From a candidate division WOR-3 bacterium (GTDB lineage Bacteria > Hydrothermota > Hydrothermia > JBDRYB01), in NCBI GenBank assembly GCA_039803205.1, contig JBDRYB010000001.1, forward strand, positions 377,913 through 441,912: a stretch of DNA of 64,000 nucleotides. Direction: 5' to 3'. This document shows, piece after piece, positions 59,130 through 64,000 of the stretch. Within the stretch, counting starts at the first letter, position 1. Each line of letters starts with the position of its first letter. The translations under genes and the position numbers were made by a program. The notes beneath the pieces were generated by a model. That model had not been told where the DNA came from. It did not search any database and saw only the letters and a program-made list of their open reading frames with translations.

Positions 59130-59345
59130 CTAGGCCTTCTCAAGCTCCTTCTCTATCTTCTTCTCGGCCTTAGTCTTCTTAAAGGCCTTTGTCTCCCCAT
59201 AGAATCCACATTCCGGGCAAGCCCTGTGTGGCAGACGGGGTGATCCACATCTTGGGCACGCTACCATGGTTGGGGGCACGGCCTTGTAGTGGGTCCTGCG
59301 CTTCCTGGACCTGGCTTTTGACTGATGTTTCTTTGGAACAGGCAT
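59130..59345 (-). CDS. rpmF: 50S ribosomal protein L32
   Basis: MPVPKK..SKAR..KRR, CPRC...HRACPECGFY. Confidence 0.95.
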   Translation of the reverse strand: MPVPKKHQSKARSRKRRTHYKAVPPTMVACPRCGSPRLPHRACPECGFYGETKAFKKTKAEKKIEKELEKA

Positions 59346-59369
59346 TCTCTTCTCCTTCTGAAACAAATT

Positions 59370-60155
59370 TTAATCCAGGATTATATCGGGATTCAAATCA
59401 ATCTCCTCTTTCAGGAGATCCCTAATTGCATCGTCGTCTCTCGGCAGAACGAACCTCGGTTTGCCGTTCAGGTAGAGGCCCCTGGCAGTGCCGTATTTCT
59501 CTAGGGCCTCAGGGTTTGACTCCACCTTTATCACCTGGATCCGGTCCCCGAACTCCCTTGCTATCCTCTCTGTCCGTGCGAACAGCTCAGGCGCTATGGG
59601 GCACAGGAGATTCATGAACATGTGAACGGTTAATTTATCGCCTGGCCCCTTTGGCACGCGCTCCTCAGTGAACCAATATTCAACGGTTTCCTGGCTCAGG
59701 GGATAAAACATGACGAATGTGCCATCGTGGTCTCCGAGGATCTTGAAACCTGATTTCTGGAAGTGAGAGCGATGCATGTAACCCTCGTAGTCTGTGGCTA
59801 AAACGAGGATCCCTTTTGCCCCCTGATCCCTGAGCTTCTCCGCGAGGGCACCGAGCATTCCCCTCCAAATCCCCCTTCTGCGGCTCGCGCTCTTCACCCA
59901 GACGCAGGATATAATCGCGACTTTGGGTTCTGTCCTCAGCTGGCCCAGCGACCTCTCCGACCAGGCCCAGAGTATCTCTCCCACGATATTCCCCGCATCA
60001 TCCTCTGCCTGAAAGGATTCATAGTGTTTCCCGAGGTTCTCCCCTAGCCAGGCTCTTGAGGCCTCCAAGGCCTCAGGCCCGAATATTCCCCATGCCTCGC
60101 CCGCGCACGGGTAAGACCTCGCCGTATCCTCCTTTTTGGCTTGATAGAAGCGCAT
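59370..60155 (-). CDS. GNAT acetyltransferase with C-terminal thioredoxin-like domain
   Basis: ISCVWV....RRRGI...ML, F.KSGF; C-terminal LCP...YG...GLYLNG. Confidence 0.7.
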   Translation of the reverse strand: MRFYQAKKEDTARSYPCAGEAWGIFGPEALEASRAWLGENLGKHYESFQAEDDAGNIVGEILWAWSERSLGQLRTEPKVAIISCVWVKSASRRRGIWRGMLGALAEKLRDQGAKGILVLATDYEGYMHRSHFQKSGFKILGDHDGTFVMFYPLSQETVEYWFTEERVPKGPGDKLTVHMFMNLLCPIAPELFARTERIAREFGDRIQVIKVESNPEALEKYGTARGLYLNGKPRFVLPRDDDAIRDLLKEEIDLNPDIILD

Positions 60156-60158
60156 GCT

Positions 60159-61685
60159 TCACCTCCCTATGAACTTGAAAATGAGGGGCTCTCCTTCCCA
60201 GATGAGTCTCAGGAAATAGACCCCCCTTGATAGGCCTCTTATCTTCCAGAGGGTCTCTCCGGGCTTCATTTGATGGGTTTGCACCATCCTCCCTGCCGGG
60301 TCGTATACGCTCACCTCAACGCCGGAGTGAACCGAGGGCAGGATCAGGGCGAGACTGGTCTGGTCAAAGAATGGCCTGAGCGAAGCCCCGCTCGTCTCGG
60401 TTGCGCCGGTGATTACCGAGAACCTTACCCCATCACCTATCACCACCCTTGTTGAGTCCGGCACCAGGCCCCAGTTACCCAGCTCAACATAGCCAGCCTG
60501 GCCCTCATTGAATCCGAATGTTCCGAGGCTAATCCACTGGCCGCCGCCGGTTGTCTGGTCCACATAGAAGGTGTCAACCCCTCCGGCGTGATGAACCACA
60601 TAAGGGGCGTTCTGTGCCCTGTTCCATCCCTCTGTGAACCAGACAGAGACCTCGTATTGGCCTGTCTGGGGCAGGTCTGGCATAAAAAGGAGCCTTTTAA
60701 TTCCTGTTCCATCGGACCATATGTAGTTTAGGCCGTAATACTGGGGGGACCACTCCGAGACGCGCCAGTTGCCCTGCGTGAAACACCAGGGATCGAGGTT
60801 GTCTATGATGATCTCTGGCCAAGCTCTATATAGGGTGGCAGAAAGCCCGGATGTGTCTGCACTGAGCGCTATGTTCGTGATGAACGCGGAGTTGTATCCC
60901 TGGGATGAGAAATACAGGTCATATGTGTCTTGGATCAGGCTATCCAATCTGAATGGCCCCGGCCCCTGCAGGGCTTTGTAGGCAACCAGCGAGTCCGAAT
61001 AGTTTTTGTAGCAGTAGAGGTGAATGGTCTGGGTTTGTGGCGGGGAAAGGCTCACCGTTCCTGAAATGCTGTATGCCTGCTGGAAGACCGGCGGGGTTAT
61101 GCGCAGGTGGCCAGAAACCCCCCTAGCGTAAGCGAAGCCCTCTCGCTCATCGTGCCTGTTCCAATGGGCGTAGAACCTGTATGATTCGTCATATCCATCG
61201 CGATAATCAATAAAAGATGCCTCTCCAAGGATGGCTGGCATCACGGTCTCCCTTAGGACATAGAAGTCGGCCGTTTGTGCGCCCCGGTCCGGGTATCCAA
61301 AGGCCCAGAGGAGCCAAGGGTGGGTGCTATCCCTCATGGCGAAGGAGTTCGCGGAACCGTATGTGTAGCAGTATGTCTCTGTTCCCTGAACCTGGGTGTT
61401 GTAGGCGTTGTGATGTATGGAGACGAATCTGTCAAAACCTTGGGAGTTCGCGTAATAGACCCTGTCCGCCAGAGATACATAGACATCGGTTGTCCTCGTC
61501 ATGCCCACTATCACCGTATCCCCAGGAAGGCCTGCCCTCTCAAAGTAATGCTTTGCCCAGAAAGCCACATCAAGGTTTGCCTGTTTCTCCATGTAATAAA
61601 GTCCTGTAGCACCTGGGTCAGAGCCGCCGTGGCCAGGGTCTATACAGATGGTCCAAGTCACTGCAAAGAGGATGTTCAAAAACAT
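60159..61685 (-). CDS. Secreted N-acetylmuramoyl-L-alanine amidase (Amidase_3) with accessory beta domain and T9SS CTD
   Basis: IDPGHGG.DPGA, EK, SIHHN, LGEA; C-terminal VYDPAGR...GVYFL; ATG 61685 inferred. Confidence 0.85.
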   Translation of the reverse strand: MFLNILFAVTWTICIDPGHGGSDPGATGLYYMEKQANLDVAFWAKHYFERAGLPGDTVIVGMTRTTDVYVSLADRVYYANSQGFDRFVSIHHNAYNTQVQGTETYCYTYGSANSFAMRDSTHPWLLWAFGYPDRGAQTADFYVLRETVMPAILGEASFIDYRDGYDESYRFYAHWNRHDEREGFAYARGVSGHLRITPPVFQQAYSISGTVSLSPPQTQTIHLYCYKNYSDSLVAYKALQGPGPFRLDSLIQDTYDLYFSSQGYNSAFITNIALSADTSGLSATLYRAWPEIIIDNLDPWCFTQGNWRVSEWSPQYYGLNYIWSDGTGIKRLLFMPDLPQTGQYEVSVWFTEGWNRAQNAPYVVHHAGGVDTFYVDQTTGGGQWISLGTFGFNEGQAGYVELGNWGLVPDSTRVVIGDGVRFSVITGATETSGASLRPFFDQTSLALILPSVHSGVEVSVYDPAGRMVQTHQMKPGETLWKIRGLSRGVYFLRLIWEGEPLIFKFIGR

Positions 61686-61838
61686 GGATAAAGGATAAGG
61701 CAGGAGAAATAACCAGAGCAAGATGTTCAGCTTTTTGAGACCTAGTGCCTGGTTCCTTTGGCACACCTTAGGCCCGCACGGATCTAATCTTTCAGACTTA
61801 GCAGGGGTCATCCCGGGAGGAGAATTCCTCAATGAGGG

Positions 61839-61943
61839 GATCTGGTATTTTAATACTCTTCCCTTATTTTGGCCATGGCTGGGCCGAAAACCGGCATTCA
61901 GGTAATCCTGCAATTTAGCTAAGTCCTTGGGGCATCGGCACTT
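61839..61943 (-). repeat. Intergenic element, inverted homolog of 55223-55377
   Basis: Reverse complement aligns with both conserved blocks of the 55.2-kb copy. Confidence 0.75.
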
Positions 61944-62054
61944 GCACCGAACTCTTTTCCAGCTAAGGCCTTATGGGGTTTGAGTAAGGGTATTGATCCG
62001 GCTTGACAAAAAAGTTTATACTCTGGGCGTGACCCAAGAATTTGGAGGTATGCC

Positions 62055-62930
62055 ATGAGAACAGCTATAACTCTCCTAGTAGCGCTTGGAGTATCTGGAC
62101 TCCAAGCAGATGTGGTGATGAAGAAGGCGGGTAGCACGAGGGTCCTGGAACCAGTGAGGATGGCTAGAGCATGGACAATGGACACATATACGCCCTTCGC
62201 GGACCCGCAGCAGTTGGACACCCTGATAGTTGATGACGGAACCCCCGCCGGAAGAGGAGCCAACGGCGATGCAGCTTGGAAGGAGGCTGTAAAACTGCCT
62301 GTGAGCACGGACTGCGTCCTCAAGGAACTCCTGTTCTATCCCGGCGATGTCTACATGTGCGCTCCACCTCTCCACTGGTATGTCTGGGACGATGATGGCG
62401 CTGGTGGCAAGCCCGGAACCCCTCTGGCAGACGGCATTGAGACAAGCCTGATCTACGATAATTGGTTCTCCGTTGATGTCTCAAGCCTCAACATAACCCT
62501 TAACCCTGGTTCCGTATATGTGGGTTGGTCTGACGAGGATGTGATTGACTCCTCGGACTGGTATTGGAACTACTTTGATACCGCTCTGAACTGGTATAAC
62601 TGGTGGTATAATGGCAGTGCCTGGGTTCTAGACGACTTCTTCTCTGGGGATTTCTTGATAAGGGCTGTGGTAGAGCTCACCGATGTGGAGGAGACATCCG
62701 GAAACAAGATGGGGTCAGTTGAGGTCTACCCCAATCCGAGTCGCGGCACAGTGAACTTCGCTCTTCCTGCTGGCACCCTTGGAGAGATAAAGATCTACGA
62801 TGTCTCCGGGAGGCTCGTTGAATCGTCCAAGGGGGTGAACAAGGCCTCTTTTGAGCTTGGAACAGGCGTCTATTTCTACAGGGTTGTGAACTCTGGGAGC
62901 GTGAGGACAGGAACCCTCACCGTGGAATAG
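62055..62930 (+). CDS. Secreted protein with T9SS-type CTD
   Basis: Classical signal peptide; VYPNP...IYDVSGRLV...GVYFY. Confidence 0.85.
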   Translation: MRTAITLLVALGVSGLQADVVMKKAGSTRVLEPVRMARAWTMDTYTPFADPQQLDTLIVDDGTPAGRGANGDAAWKEAVKLPVSTDCVLKELLFYPGDVYMCAPPLHWYVWDDDGAGGKPGTPLADGIETSLIYDNWFSVDVSSLNITLNPGSVYVGWSDEDVIDSSDWYWNYFDTALNWYNWWYNGSAWVLDDFFSGDFLIRAVVELTDVEETSGNKMGSVEVYPNPSRGTVNFALPAGTLGEIKIYDVSGRLVESSKGVNKASFELGTGVYFYRVVNSGSVRTGTLTVE

Positions 62931-62951
62931 CTCTGGTGAAAAACAAAGCAG

Positions 62952-62983
62952 GCCGGGCTAGGTTTAGCCCGGCTTTTCTTTTT
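62952..62983 (+). terminator. Intrinsic terminator
   Basis: GCCGGGCTA-ggtt-TAGCCCGGC then TTTTCTTTTT. Confidence 0.9.
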
Positions 62984-63017
62984 GCCCGAAACAGCTTGCC
63001 CGCATTAAGCTATACAT

Positions 63018-63878
63018 GTGAAGCTCATAGGGCTTCTCGCTAAAAACGCTGAGGCTTCCCTCGCGCCGAGGCTCATGGCCCGGTTCCTGCGCAAGGGAAG
63101 GTTTTCCTATCATTACCAGCCTTTCTCGGTTGATCCTGCTCAGTTCAGGGAGGCATACGAGGGCCTCAAACTGCTATCAGGTGTTGGGTTCAACATAGGC
63201 GCCCCCTACCGGAGCATAGCGGTAAGATACACATCCGAGCTCTCTTCTGAGGTCATCATCACAGGCGCTATGGATACATTGGTCATCTCCGGCGGAAAGG
63301 ACAAGGGCCACAATGTCCAGGTCTGGGCAATAAACGATTTTCTGGGTGAAATAGGCTTTAAGCCTGATGGGGCAAAGGCAATGGTCATAGGCGCGGGCGC
63401 CGCGGCCTCCGGAGCGATATACGCGTTTCTCTCCGCTGGAGCAGAAACCGTGTGGGTAGCGAACAAGACCCCTGAGAAAGCCTATGCTTTGGCCGCAAGG
63501 TATGAAAGCATGGGCAGGGGTCGGGTCATTCCAGTGGCTCTTACCGAAGGGGAAACAGCCCGTGTCTTGCCGGATTGTGAGCTCGTTCTTCACGCCACGC
63601 CGCTCGGCTCCAGAGCCGTCCCAATGATGTTTCCCCCTATTCGCTATGGCTCGCTGAGGCCGGATGCTGTTGTGATAGACATGATATATGATCCCCTGAA
63701 CACGCCGTTTCTGGTCCGGGCGGGACACTTCGCCACCAGGACATACCATGGCCTCCGGATATTCGCTCTCAGCCTGGCCAGGAGCTGGAGCCTGTGGACC
63801 GGCAGGGATGACGCGAGAGGAATATGGGAAACCCTCAACGAGATAGTTGAGCCAGCGAAAACCTCGGAAACCGACTGA
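63018..63878 (+). CDS. Shikimate dehydrogenase (AroE)-like protein with degenerate substrate site
   Basis: SL.P, G.N..P, IGAG.AA, N.T..KA, ATP.G, DMIY.P..T.FL. Confidence 0.75.
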   Translation: MKLIGLLAKNAEASLAPRLMARFLRKGRFSYHYQPFSVDPAQFREAYEGLKLLSGVGFNIGAPYRSIAVRYTSELSSEVIITGAMDTLVISGGKDKGHNVQVWAINDFLGEIGFKPDGAKAMVIGAGAAASGAIYAFLSAGAETVWVANKTPEKAYALAARYESMGRGRVIPVALTEGETARVLPDCELVLHATPLGSRAVPMMFPPIRYGSLRPDAVVIDMIYDPLNTPFLVRAGHFATRTYHGLRIFALSLARSWSLWTGRDDARGIWETLNEIVEPAKTSETD

Positions 63879-64000
63879 CATGGCCCATTTCTAACCCCCC
63901 GTAAGTCCTTGTGGCACAAGCACATAGCCATAATCGTCCCAGGGTTATGGGGCTGTAGTAGCCATTCTCAGCCATGTTGAGAAGGCTCTGGAGCAAAACC

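Noticed and set aside
61686..61913. 76-aa N-terminal extension of the amidase in the ORF track
   Set aside because: It runs through the intergenic repeat element; a -10 box 6 nt before ATG 61685 marks the more likely start

Overview
64-kb chromosomal segment of a Gram-negative, probably anaerobic peptide/amino-acid-fermenting bacterium. Six proteins with T9SS-type C-terminal sorting domains suggest the FCB supergroup, plausibly a WOR-3-like lineage (inference only). Housekeeping content: mcsA/mcsB-like, galT, acyl-CoA dehydrogenase, arcC, acpS, ptb, pcrA, tsaB, purE, purF, plsX, rpmF, aroE-like and three tRNAs (Ser-CGA, Ser-GGA, Ile2-CAT). Other loci: a Lol-like ABC operon, a TetR-TolC-MFP-RND operon with two palindromic operators, a divergent restriction-modification pair, a kamA + ATP-grasp pair and a decayed integrative element at tRNA-Ile2. 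The two most striking signals are window-wide. (1) About a dozen exported proteins begin with an ultra-short (about 7-11 aa), uncharged hydrophobic N-terminus instead of a classical signal peptide. (2) About 16 genes have a -10 box 6-7 nt before the start codon and no Shine-Dalgarno, implying widespread leaderless mRNAs. Also notable: two intact-frame pseudo-enzymes (McsB, AroE), an unannotated 32-aa histone-H1-like peptide, dif-like dispersed sites, candidate structured RNAs and a T7 tract that shifts an outer-membrane gene out of frame. All calls come from reading motifs by eye; no searches were run.
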